IMG/VR virus record: IMGVR_UViG_3300049595_001870
Span: 53,779 to 117,778 of that record
DNA length: 64,000 bases
From: a virus
Strand: one strand, 5' to 3'
Shown: piece after piece, positions 23,591 through 33,079 of the stretch
How the letters are laid out: each line of letters begins with the position of its first letter
How positions within the stretch are numbered: position 1 is the first letter of the stretch
Program-made: the position numbers and the translations under genes
The notes under the pieces: generated by a model
What the model was told of the DNA's origin: nothing
The model's input: only the letters and a program-made list of their open reading frames with translations
Databases searched by the model: none

Positions 23591-26500
23591 CAGCAGCGCC
23601 ATCGGATCCTGCTGATCGCGCTGGCGGGCGCGTTTCGCGGCATCGGACTGGATCGTCCTGTACAGCAAGTACAGGCGCCTTTGGTCTGGCGTCAGGCGAT
23701 CCAGAGCGTCCTCGGGCACGGTGATGTTCTCGTACGTCCGGACGCCCGGGGTGGTGGAGAGCGTGGCGTTAAGGACTTGGCGGGCCGCCTGCTGGCGGGC
23801 GCGATCCTCATCCACATCGCTCAACTTTAATCCGGCCAACAGATTGAACGCGGTCTTCATCAGCGCATCGCCGGGCGTTAGCCGATCGTCGGTGAGCTGT
23901 CGGTAGGTGCTGATGGCGCGCGACCCAAACGGAATGAAATTACTGGCGAACTGCTCCAGCGGGCGGCCGATCGGTCCCAGTCCCTGCTCCAAGACCGAAT
24001 ACAGGTCGGACAGATCGCGGCCAGAATACAGTTGGCGATTGGTGGCGTATTCGATCGGCGCTTTGATGAGCGGCGTCGTCTGTCCGAGGATGTTGCTGCC
24101 TGTCTTGGCAAGCGTGTCGGCAAAAACGGCCGCCGCAGTTCCGCCTGCCCCAGGCGTGAAGAGGTTAATGGACTCAAACGGCAAGTCGATGTTGGTCAGA
24201 TACCGCTGGAGCCCCTCGCCGGGCGACCAGCCTTCCGGCAAAGGGATCGCGGCCGTCTGCCGCAGATGCTCGGGGACGAAGTTTTCTTCGCTCGGCTCCG
24301 ACGCCCGGGAGATGGCGCGGATGCTCTGACCTTGCAGTCCGCCCGGCTGATACAAAAGCCGATCAGCGATCTGCGGGATAATTCGTCGCTGAAAGCTATA
24401 GAAGGGCAGGATTTTCTTCAGCCAGCGGCTCTCAAAATCGCTGAAGCTGGCCGGGCTGTAATCCAACTGAGCAAGGCGAACGGCGTCTCCGGCGGCGCCC
24501 GGGTCCGTGCCTCGCCGTATCTGCGTGAGGAACGCGCCGGTTCTGAGCGTGTCTTCGACCGCGCTTCCGACGGCGTCGTTGATCTTAAGTATCGGGTTTG
24601 TGTTCGTCGGGCGCGGCCTGCGCAAGACGCCGACGCCTCGCAAAGAGGTGAAGTCGTTGAAGAAGTCCAGCCAACTTCTTCCGGTCTGGCCACGCAACTC
24701 ACCAACGGTGCTGGAGATTGTGTCGGACTGTCCGCCAGTGTAGGTGGACCGCATCGCCTCTTCGGGGATCGACAAGTCGTCGATGACGTTTCCGCTGGCC
24801 ATGCGCTGTCCGCCGGTCTGCGCAAGGAATTCGCGGATGCGTTCTGCGTCTGTGAGCTGTTCGTAACCAGGCGCACGGCGAAGCCTTCGGGCAAGCGGCT
24901 GGTAGTTGCCCTGGCTGGCGCGGTAGGCTGCGAACTGATCTAGTGGGTTGAACATCCCAAACGCGGCGTTGGAGAATTCGCCGCTGTACAAATTGCGCGT
25001 GTGGAACGCCGGGTTCGCCAGTGCGCCGACTTTGAATGCATTGGTGAACTGCTGTATGGCGCCCAGCAGCCCGGCCTCGGCTTCCGGAACACGCGGGCGC
25101 ACTGCCAGAGTCTGGAGGGATTGCACAAGCCTGTCTGGTACGGACACGGCCGCCGGGTCCGAGCTGACCTGCGATTGCCACATGGCTTTGAACGACTCTC
25201 GGTTAAACCCGAGCGCCTCGGCGGCATCCAGCACGCTTTGCGCGCCGCCGCCCGGCACGGAGGTTGGCGGCAACGGAATGACGGCCTCTTGCAGCGCCGG
25301 CACTATCTCGGCCACGTTGGATGTGACACGCATGCGCCCTTGCTCATAGCGGCGCAGGCGATCCATGTAGTTGGTGTCAAAGAGTCCCGTGCCGGTTTCT
25401 GCAAACTGCCTGTCGGCGTCACGCAAGAGATCAACGAGGGCCGTTTCCTTGCGTTCGATGTCCTCCGTCACCCGCTGCATCATCCGCCTTTGACGGCGAG
25501 GCGTGGCGTTGAGGTAGTCCGGAGAGTTCTGGAGCCGGCGCAACTGCGCCTGGTACGGCCTCTCTACGTTGAGCGTGTCGAAAGCCTGCCGCAGTAGCAC
25601 GCGGGCGTTTGTGTCGTCGGCGGCCAGGAGACTGTCCTGCAATTGCCGGGCGTTCAGGTTCGGATCGCCGCCCGTAAGCCTGCGGAAAGTCCGACTGGCG
25701 CCTGGGATGTCGGTGTAGTCCCGCCTGCCACGGCCGAAGTTGTCGTTGGTGGCGAGCAGCACATTGCCAGGAGAGTACGGGCTGGCGGTGCGCTGGGCGG
25801 CGTTCGCTCGCTCTGGAACCTGTGGGTCCAGCCACTGCTTTACTTGGCGCACAAACCAATTCTCGCCCGTGGACCCACGCCAGCCATCCAGCTCTAGCCC
25901 TAAGTCTCTGGCCAGACGCTCCATTTCTGGCCCGACTTGTACGCCGGCGTCCCGGAGGACACGGAACTCAGGCACGTTCTCTAGAACCCAGTCGGCAACC
26001 GGGTCATAGCTTGTGCGGCCCAGCGGAGCGCCGGACATCGACGGCCCTAGCAGGTCTGGCGACTCCACGTAGTCCGTGAGCGCGTTTTGAATTGTCCGGT
26101 TGTTGAAGTTGCGGTACGCCTCTGGTATCGGAGTACCGTTCGGCATCACATCCGGAACCTGCGCGTTCATTGCATCGTAAAGCTGGCGCGTCCGCAGCGT
26201 GCCCGCCTCCTCCTGCAAAATGCGCTCGGTATTGCGGGCTACCCGGTTACGCCACTGGATCGCTGGATCCATGACGGGGCCCGCATCGGCGGTCAGCAGC
26301 GCGCGGGCGCCGGACACCAACGGGCCGATGCCTGGGGCGCTTTTGCTTGCCTCGCCTGTGCGATCTAAGAACCGCGCCAGAGAGTCGCCGGCCTGGGACA
26401 TTGTTCCCGTGCCGCCGGCCTCACCGACCGTCCAGCCAAGATTGGTGCCTGGCACACGCACATCCATCAGTGCGGCGGCGCGCTGCGTCAGATCGTCCGG

Positions 26501-27166
26501 ATCGACTCCGAAGCGCTCGGCATTGCGGCGCCACCGAGCCATCATGGCAGGATCGCTCTGGTTCAGCAGAGCGGCCGGGGTGGCTGCTTGGCTGCGAAGG
26601 TATTCCCGCACCCCCATCGAACCGCGCGTGCCCTGCTGGTACGCCTCAACAGCAGGGTTGCGCAGGAGTCCTGTGGCACGCAGTGCTTTGCCTGTTGGCG
26701 TGATGGCGCCGCGGCCCAGGATGGCCGCGGGGTTCACCAGCAGCAAAGGATCCAGCAGCACCTCGGCTGCCAAGCCGCCTGCGAAGTTGCTCCAGTTGTC
26801 TTCGTCACCGGCCAAGTTGTAAGAGCGCAAAAGGTCACGCCCAGACACTCGCTCGTCGGAAGTGTCCCAGAGAGCGGACAGCGCTTTGCTTGGCCCTTCC
26901 GACAGTAAGCCGCGCAACATGGCGCCTGGCGTGTCAAGTAGCCAGCCGGCCGCCGAGAGCCCCGATGCGCCGGTCTGAGCCAGCGTATTGAGGAGTGACG
27001 ACTTCTCCTCGGCCGGCATCAGGTCCGAGAGCGTTAGCTTCCGACGGCCGAAAGACGGAACCCCGAATTCGTCTACGTCGGACTCATCCGGCAGCAGGCC
27101 CATCTGGGCCTGCATCTCCAGCTCGCCGTACGGATCGTAGTAGTCGAAAAGTGGCGAGCGCGCCAT
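23579..27166 (-). CDS. Large (~1195 aa) putative internal virion/DNA-ejection protein
   Basis: Size, position at end of structural block, FYSFQRR motif; function inferred. Confidence 0.6.
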   Translation of the reverse strand: MARSPLFDYYDPYGELEMQAQMGLLPDESDVDEFGVPSFGRRKLTLSDLMPAEEKSSLLNTLAQTGASGLSAAGWLLDTPGAMLRGLLSEGPSKALSALWDTSDERVSGRDLLRSYNLAGDEDNWSNFAGGLAAEVLLDPLLLVNPAAILGRGAITPTGKALRATGLLRNPAVEAYQQGTRGSMGVREYLRSQAATPAALLNQSDPAMMARWRRNAERFGVDPDDLTQRAAALMDVRVPGTNLGWTVGEAGGTGTMSQAGDSLARFLDRTGEASKSAPGIGPLVSGARALLTADAGPVMDPAIQWRNRVARNTERILQEEAGTLRTRQLYDAMNAQVPDVMPNGTPIPEAYRNFNNRTIQNALTDYVESPDLLGPSMSGAPLGRTSYDPVADWVLENVPEFRVLRDAGVQVGPEMERLARDLGLELDGWRGSTGENWFVRQVKQWLDPQVPERANAAQRTASPYSPGNVLLATNDNFGRGRRDYTDIPGASRTFRRLTGGDPNLNARQLQDSLLAADDTNARVLLRQAFDTLNVERPYQAQLRRLQNSPDYLNATPRRQRRMMQRVTEDIERKETALVDLLRDADRQFAETGTGLFDTNYMDRLRRYEQGRMRVTSNVAEIVPALQEAVIPLPPTSVPGGGAQSVLDAAEALGFNRESFKAMWQSQVSSDPAAVSVPDRLVQSLQTLAVRPRVPEAEAGLLGAIQQFTNAFKVGALANPAFHTRNLYSGEFSNAAFGMFNPLDQFAAYRASQGNYQPLARRLRRAPGYEQLTDAERIREFLAQTGGQRMASGNVIDDLSIPEEAMRSTYTGGQSDTISSTVGELRGQTGRSWLDFFNDFTSLRGVGVLRRPRPTNTNPILKINDAVGSAVEDTLRTGAFLTQIRRGTDPGAAGDAVRLAQLDYSPASFSDFESRWLKKILPFYSFQRRIIPQIADRLLYQPGGLQGQSIRAISRASEPSEENFVPEHLRQTAAIPLPEGWSPGEGLQRYLTNIDLPFESINLFTPGAGGTAAAVFADTLAKTGSNILGQTTPLIKAPIEYATNRQLYSGRDLSDLYSVLEQGLGPIGRPLEQFASNFIPFGSRAISTYRQLTDDRLTPGDALMKTAFNLLAGLKLSDVDEDRARQQAARQVLNATLSTTPGVRTYENITVPEDALDRLTPDQRRLYLLYRTIQSDAAKRARQRDQQDPMALLLGS

Positions 27167-27170
27167 GGGC

Positions 27171-28565
27171 CTACATGCTTTGATGTTCTGGGACGCGCGG
27201 CACCCGCGGAGCAGCTTCCTCCATTGGCACTTGGCCAAACAGCCAGTTCGATAGCGATTGGCCAGACCTCTTCTTAGCTATATCATCTACGATACGCTGA
27301 GCCTTCTCAAGCGAATACTTCTTCACATTGACTAGATAGTCGATAGTCGCCTGCTGTTCCGCAATTGTAAAATGTGAAGTGGTTCCAAACGATCCCATCG
27401 AAGACGAGTACCGTTGCGAGACATAGTCTTCCGCGGCAGCCATTTCGGACGGATGCACTGCTTCATCATTAACGTGCAGATCCGCCTGCTGTTCTGGGGG
27501 CAATTGGTTTTCTTGTGCGCGCCGAGCTGCGTCCATCGCCGCCGCCTGCGCTGGGTCTAATGGCTTTCCGCCGCCTCCTTGCAGATAGCGTTCACCAAGA
27601 CGCTGCAAGCCTTCGTTCTGCCTAGCCTGCATTTCAATCGGCGTAAATCCGGAAGATCCGACCAGTTTTCGGGCAAGCACCATCTTGGACCAAGGGTCCA
27701 CATCCTCCCTGTTCAGGTATTCCAGTGGGTTGTACGCCGCCTGCGCGCGTCTGGTGAGGATGTCCCTAGCGTTGGCCTTCTGCGCCATCCGCTTGTCCAC
27801 CACGCCCTCCATGCCGGAGAGTTCAATGCGAGCTGCATCCGTCGCCTGCGCGACGTTGGCGAGCGACAGCGGGCCGCCACCCTTGCCGGCTAGCCCCTGG
27901 ACCGCATTGTCATACGCAGCTTTGGCAACGGCTTCGCTCACGCCCATTCGCATGGCCAGCTCTTTCACTCGCCGCGTGACGGCGCGCGGGTCGTTTGCCC
28001 TGCTCACAGATTCCAAGCGGGCGTTTGCGCGTGCCGCCAACTGTTCAATAGTCGGCGAATCAGAGCCGTACCCAAACTGCTCCTCGTCCCGCCGATTCAT
28101 CCATTGCACGCCGGCTAGGCGTGCGGCCTCGCGCTGCGCGGCCTGGGCGGCTTTGACATCGCCGAGACTGTACATTTGCCTGCCGCCGCCGCCTTTGATG
28201 ACGGGCACTTCAACACCGTCAACCATCTGAGTCGGCGTGAGCGAGCCTGCCATCGGCGCGCCACGCTCGGCCCGCATGTCGTTGTAGTCCTGCTCCATGG
28301 CAAGCTGCTGCTGGATCCGGGCGTCCTGCTTCTCTCTGACTCGCGCCGCGTCGCGAGCGACCCGATCAGCAATCAGTTGCTGAACCCTCAGAACAGGGTC
28401 ATCGGCGATCGGCGTGGCCGCAGCCTCCAAGTTGCCGTCCACGTACGGATCTCCCCAAACCATGCCAGCTTTCGCCAGCATGGAACGCGCGGCCATTCGG
28501 CGGCCCGGCGTCTCGTTTGGGTCAGTGGCGATGGCTTGAGCTAGTTCCATATCCATGTCGGTCAC
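27171..28565 (-). CDS. Putative internal virion protein
   Basis: Ala/Gln-rich helical 464 aa in structural block. Confidence 0.55.
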   Translation of the reverse strand: MTDMDMELAQAIATDPNETPGRRMAARSMLAKAGMVWGDPYVDGNLEAAATPIADDPVLRVQQLIADRVARDAARVREKQDARIQQQLAMEQDYNDMRAERGAPMAGSLTPTQMVDGVEVPVIKGGGGRQMYSLGDVKAAQAAQREAARLAGVQWMNRRDEEQFGYGSDSPTIEQLAARANARLESVSRANDPRAVTRRVKELAMRMGVSEAVAKAAYDNAVQGLAGKGGGPLSLANVAQATDAARIELSGMEGVVDKRMAQKANARDILTRRAQAAYNPLEYLNREDVDPWSKMVLARKLVGSSGFTPIEMQARQNEGLQRLGERYLQGGGGKPLDPAQAAAMDAARRAQENQLPPEQQADLHVNDEAVHPSEMAAAEDYVSQRYSSSMGSFGTTSHFTIAEQQATIDYLVNVKKYSLEKAQRIVDDIAKKRSGQSLSNWLFGQVPMEEAAPRVPRVPEHQSM

Positions 28566-29878
28566 CCTGCGTTCCTGAGTTGATCAGCCATGCCTTGGAG
28601 CCGACGCACTTCGGCCATGATCTGCTGCGCCTGCGGGACTTCGCCGCCGGCCTCGCGCCGCATATCGTTGAGGCGGTTGATCAGGTTCTGCGCCTGCTGT
28701 CGGTATCGGCTGGCTTTGTCGCCCGGCCGGAAGTCTGGCTGCCTTACTTGTTCATTGCCCTTGGCCAGCAGGCGATTGATCTCCGCCATCATCTGCGGTG
28801 CCTGTGGCACTTCGCCGCCGGCCTTACGCCGCATGTCGTTGAGCCTGTCGATGAGGATGCGAGCCTGGAGCGAACCGTCCTCGGCGCGCCTCTGCTCCCG
28901 GTCGGTGAACTGCCGCTTAAACCGATCGGTGAATTCATCCTCGGCCGACGCCACTGCTGGCGGTGGCGATGATTCGGCGGCGAGATCAGCCGTGCCGGCC
29001 GTGCCATCAACGGACGGCGTGTCCTGATTCATCAGCGACAGGCCGGCGCCAACGGCACCAGCCCCTGCCGCCAGTGCGGCGGCCGGTCGATAATCGAATG
29101 AGCGGGCTGGAGGGTCAGCCAACGCCTGACGCGGCGGCTCTGGCAAGTCGTCTGGTGTCGCCACCGGCCGCGGGGTTCGCATGCCGGCCAAATCGCCCTC
29201 AATGCCTCGCAGCTCGGCGGCCAGCCGATCACCCTCTTCTGCTAGGTATCGATTGGCGCTGCCCCAGAGGTCCGGGTCAGCGGAACGTGGCTGATTCATG
29301 GCGGCACTCCGGCCGTATGACAGCGTCGAAGCGCCGGGCGCCGTAGCCCGAGACGGCATCACATCGGCCCGGAAGGTCGCGTCAAACTGATCGGCGATTG
29401 ACGGAGTCGGCCGAGCCATCTCGCGGATGGAATCCTCAACCGTTGCCGGCCGACGGCGAGAAGGCGACCGCTTCGGCGCCTTGCCGGCACTGTCGCCTCG
29501 GTCAACCAACATGCGATACGCTTCGTACAGGGCCTCCGTGTCCCCCTGCTCCACGCGCGCCGCCAATTCGGGCGGCATGGCGCCCATCTGCGATCGCACC
29601 TCTTGTCCGATGCGGCTCTCAGGACGGGCCGACCACTCACGGCCAGACAAGGCTTCTCCCTTGGCGACAGGTGGCGTGCGCGTCTCCGGTATGGCCGGAC
29701 TCCGCTCCCAGGTCAGGTCGGCCAACGTCTTGCGCAGCGTGCGTCCACCATCTTCCATGGCGGCGGCTTCAACAATCTTTTGAGCAATCGACGGATCCCT
29801 GCCGGCCATGCGGACGATGTCGTCGGCGCGGGCGCCGGTCAGGATTCCGGAGATGGCCTGCTCAACGAGCCTCTTCAT
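28562..29878 (-). CDS. Putative internal virion protein with duplicated C-terminal helix
   Basis: RLNDMRRxAGGEVPQAxQxMAE occurs twice. Confidence 0.55.
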   Translation of the reverse strand: MKRLVEQAISGILTGARADDIVRMAGRDPSIAQKIVEAAAMEDGGRTLRKTLADLTWERSPAIPETRTPPVAKGEALSGREWSARPESRIGQEVRSQMGAMPPELAARVEQGDTEALYEAYRMLVDRGDSAGKAPKRSPSRRRPATVEDSIREMARPTPSIADQFDATFRADVMPSRATAPGASTLSYGRSAAMNQPRSADPDLWGSANRYLAEEGDRLAAELRGIEGDLAGMRTPRPVATPDDLPEPPRQALADPPARSFDYRPAAALAAGAGAVGAGLSLMNQDTPSVDGTAGTADLAAESSPPPAVASAEDEFTDRFKRQFTDREQRRAEDGSLQARILIDRLNDMRRKAGGEVPQAPQMMAEINRLLAKGNEQVRQPDFRPGDKASRYRQQAQNLINRLNDMRREAGGEVPQAQQIMAEVRRLQGMADQLRNAG

Positions 29879-30123
29879 TTCTTCTTCGCCTTCCTGGGAA
29901 CCTCGGGAAGCTCCTCGCCGTCCTCGGGGAGGTCGTCGTCCTCAACCTCCGGCGTGTTGGGCTTGCCGTGCATCTCCTCGTCCAAGTCGGCCAAGTCGTT
30001 CTTGCCGTCTAGCTTGGACAGGATCTTCCGCTCGTCGGACTCGTTGGCACTCAGGAGCTGCTGCACCAGCCGCTTGAACACGGCATTTGTGATGTCGTCA
30101 AGACCCAGGTCGATTTTCGCCAT
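29875..30123 (-). CDS. Acidic hypothetical protein
   Basis: Coupled ORF. Confidence 0.65.
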   Translation of the reverse strand: MAKIDLGLDDITNAVFKRLVQQLLSANESDERKILSKLDGKNDLADLDEEMHGKPNTPEVEDDDLPEDGEELPEVPRKAKKK

Positions 30124-30536
30124 TAGTCGGTCAACCCTCCGAGGAGGCTCCCTGCCAGGTTCATAATTGCCTGCTGCCGTTGCAGCCTCGCCATCTGCTG
30201 TGCGTATGCCTCTTGCTGCTGAAGACTGGCGAGCGCTTGGGCCTGACGCTCCTGCGTCTGCTGGTTCTGGAGCGTGAGGTTGGCGTTGTACTTCTGGTCG
30301 TCCATCGCGCCTTGGTATGCCTCGGAGATTCCTTCGGCCATAGCCTGCGCGGCGTTGATGCCGGCTTGGTTGCGCTGAGCGCCGCCGCGCGAGAATCCGG
30401 CGCGGTCCAAATTCTTCATTTGGAAACGCGGATCACCCATCGCCAGAGCCTGTGCCATGCGCTGGCTGTAGGCGGCCTGCTGCTGCCGGTCAGTGAAGCC
30501 GGAAGGCGGTACTTGGTTCAGTTCGATGCTGTTCAT
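30123..30536 (-). CDS. Gln-rich putative internal virion protein
   Basis: Ends GSLLGGL, typical of ejected proteins (inference). Confidence 0.6.
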   Translation of the reverse strand: MNSIELNQVPPSGFTDRQQQAAYSQRMAQALAMGDPRFQMKNLDRAGFSRGGAQRNQAGINAAQAMAEGISEAYQGAMDDQKYNANLTLQNQQTQERQAQALASLQQQEAYAQQMARLQRQQAIMNLAGSLLGGLTD

Positions 30537-30871
30537 CGCAACAGGTTCCCGAGCAACTGTGACTGGAAACCAAGCATGTTCTGCAAGCGAGTGTTAGAAA
30601 GGTTTTGCCGGTTCTGCCTGTCGTTCGCCAGTTGCTCAAGGCCAGCCAACGCCGACTGCATACTCGCCTGCTGCTGCTGTTGGGCGTAGGTGTCCTGCAT
30701 CTGCTGGGCGTAGCGGTCCATGTCCACCGACCGCTGCTGGAGCAGGTTGTCCATGACATCTCGGTGGTTTTGATTGTAGGACCACGGAGACTGGATCTGC
30801 TGCATCTGCTGCAACAGTTGATCTGTCTGCGGCGGACTGTTCTGGATGCCGGTTTTGTACTGGTAGTTCAT
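30533..30871 (-). CDS. Gln-rich putative internal virion protein
   Basis: Ends QLLGNLLR; paralog-like composition to neighbour. Confidence 0.6.
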   Translation of the reverse strand: MNYQYKTGIQNSPPQTDQLLQQMQQIQSPWSYNQNHRDVMDNLLQQRSVDMDRYAQQMQDTYAQQQQQASMQSALAGLEQLANDRQNRQNLSNTRLQNMLGFQSQLLGNLLR

Positions 30872-32223
30872 ATCGCCCTCCGCCCGCCAATCATCATGTT
30901 CTTACGAGCCAGAGGTATCGAATTGTGTTGTGCCATGCGCGAGGCAACGACACGTTGCCAACCCGGATCGGACTGCTTGTCCAGTTCGGCGAGCAGGCGG
31001 TCGGACTTGCTATCACGCTTCATCGCCGCACCTAATGCGCGGCCGTCCGCGTACCGCTCGCTTTCCGTTGGCGCCAGTCGCCGCAGGAGCCCAGACATGC
31101 CAGTCATGCCAGAGTTGTTGGCCTCGCGCATTCCGGAACCCATCTGATTCGCCAAGCCAGCCAGCACGCCCAAGCTGCCGCTGTAGTCTTGGGTCATGCG
31201 ACCGCCAACGTCGCGGATGTCTCGGCTGCTCTGGTTGAATCCCTGCCGCGCCTGGTCCATGTAGGCTTGGAAGTTGGGCCGATTCTGCGACACATTGCCG
31301 TAGAAGTCGCTCATGCCTTGGCGCAAGGATCCGGCACCCTCGCGGCCCATTGCCAGCATGCCCATCAATCCCTGGCCAAACATGTTGGAATAGTCTTGGC
31401 GATACAGGTCCTGCTGGCGATCCAGGCGATCACGGGCCTCCATGTCGGAGTCGGCCAACTGTGCCAGGACGGAGTTGTCCATCAGTGCGTCCATGTAGGG
31501 CGACATGCTTGCGCCCTCACGCCGCATGCTGCCGCTCATGCCCGCATCGCCGCCGCCTCCACCGCCGTAGCTTCCAGATGCGATGGGACCACCTGGGCCA
31601 GTGGCCTCAAACCCCACACCGCCGCTGCCGCCACCACCGCCGAAATCAAACGACACGTTGGAGATCGCGTCCGCGGCACCCAGCCGGCCGATGTTATCCA
31701 GTCGCTTCTGGCCGTAGCCGCTGACCGCGGACTGATTGGCGCCCTGCATGCCGGCGAGCGCCTGCTGGTAGCCCGTCTGGCCGCGCCCCATGCCCTCCGC
31801 GAGCGCATTGCCCATGCCGCCGAGGCTGGACAGCGCCTGCGTCCAGATATTGGACAACGCAGATTGGTTGGCCCCGGCCGCACCACCCAAGGATTGGTAG
31901 TAGCCGATCGCGTCCTTGGCGGCGGCGTCGGCGATGCCAGTTGTGGCATTGCCAAATGCGCCGTAGTTCTGGGCCATGGCGTTGCCCAGTCCGGACAAGG
32001 CGGATGAGTGCTGGCCCGCCATGCCGCCGATGGACTGGCCAATGCCGCCCAGGCCGCCTGTCATAGATGCATAGTTCTGGGCTGTGCTTTGCAGCATTTG
32101 CCCTGGTAGCTGGTACAGAACGCCGGAAGGATCCTGATACTGCTGCTGTTGCGGCGCCCAGAAGGTCTGCGAGCCGCCAGGGAACGTGATGGTCTTGCCG
32201 GACTGATGCAGTGCAGTGGCCAT
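30868..32223 (-). CDS. Gly/Ala/Met-rich putative internal virion (pilot-like) protein
   Basis: Low-complexity GLGG/QAL repeats. Confidence 0.6.
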   Translation of the reverse strand: MATALHQSGKTITFPGGSQTFWAPQQQQYQDPSGVLYQLPGQMLQSTAQNYASMTGGLGGIGQSIGGMAGQHSSALSGLGNAMAQNYGAFGNATTGIADAAAKDAIGYYQSLGGAAGANQSALSNIWTQALSSLGGMGNALAEGMGRGQTGYQQALAGMQGANQSAVSGYGQKRLDNIGRLGAADAISNVSFDFGGGGGSGGVGFEATGPGGPIASGSYGGGGGGDAGMSGSMRREGASMSPYMDALMDNSVLAQLADSDMEARDRLDRQQDLYRQDYSNMFGQGLMGMLAMGREGAGSLRQGMSDFYGNVSQNRPNFQAYMDQARQGFNQSSRDIRDVGGRMTQDYSGSLGVLAGLANQMGSGMREANNSGMTGMSGLLRRLAPTESERYADGRALGAAMKRDSKSDRLLAELDKQSDPGWQRVVASRMAQHNSIPLARKNMMIGGRRAI

Positions 32224-32257
32224 GTGATCTCCTACAGGCTATTGCTCACGGAGCAGG

Positions 32258-33079
32258 TTATGGCGCTAGCGGATTTTCGCCGGGCATCGGAAAATTGCCG
32301 CCCACGTTCTGAGTGCTCAAGACGCGGATTTTTTTGCGTGTCAGCTCCAGCCCAACAGCCTCCCATACCTCTTCGTACTGTGGCTCAACGACTAACTCTC
32401 CTTCGTCGGAGCAGTACACAATGACATCGGAAAGGCGTTCGACGTTGTTCCAGAGGATGTCTGCATCGACGACGACTTTGATGTCCTGTGTTCGGATGGG
32501 TCCAGTAGTTGGCGGCCGGACAACTATGATGCCAATGCCAAATGCGCCCGGGGGCCCGGCAGGACCCATAGGGCCTGGAGGCCCGAGCTGGCCAGGCGGA
32601 CCTGCTGGCCCTTCTAGGCCGCCGATGAATACTGTGCCGCCAGGCCGACCGTCTGCGCCACGCTCGCCGGGCGTCCCCTGATCTCCACGCTCCCCACGCT
32701 CCCCACGCTCTCCACGCTGGCCGGGCGGGTTGTTGATGATGTTGGTGACGTTGCCTTCAAAGGTGTTGAAAATCCGATTATCAAAAAACGTCTGGAAGGT
32801 GGGAGTTGAAAAATCGCGCTGGTCGATGTCGTTGAAGACATTGTTGTCGCCAGCCACATTGTTGATTATGCTACTAAAATCCCTGTAATCGTAATAATCT
32901 CCGTTGTACATGCCTCCAGCACCGCCGCCAGGCGGCATGGAAGGCGTAAACGCAACGGGGCCGCGATGCTCTAGCGGTTGATTGCAATTGCCAAGCGCTT
33001 GCATCATGGCCCGCATGTCTTGCGGACTGAGTGCGTTACCAAGCGCCTTTGAAAGCGCTGGCATAAGCTGTGTTAGCAT
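32258..33079 (-). CDS. Collagen-like repeat protein (tail/appendage)
   Basis: [25 protein letters not shown] and [22 protein letters not shown] Gly-X-Y runs. Confidence 0.8.
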   Translation of the reverse strand: MLTQLMPALSKALGNALSPQDMRAMMQALGNCNQPLEHRGPVAFTPSMPPGGGAGGMYNGDYYDYRDFSSIINNVAGDNNVFNDIDQRDFSTPTFQTFFDNRIFNTFEGNVTNIINNPPGQRGERGERGERGDQGTPGERGADGRPGGTVFIGGLEGPAGPPGQLGPPGPMGPAGPPGAFGIGIIVVRPPTTGPIRTQDIKVVVDADILWNNVERLSDVIVYCSDEGELVVEPQYEEVWEAVGLELTRKKIRVLSTQNVGGNFPMPGENPLAP

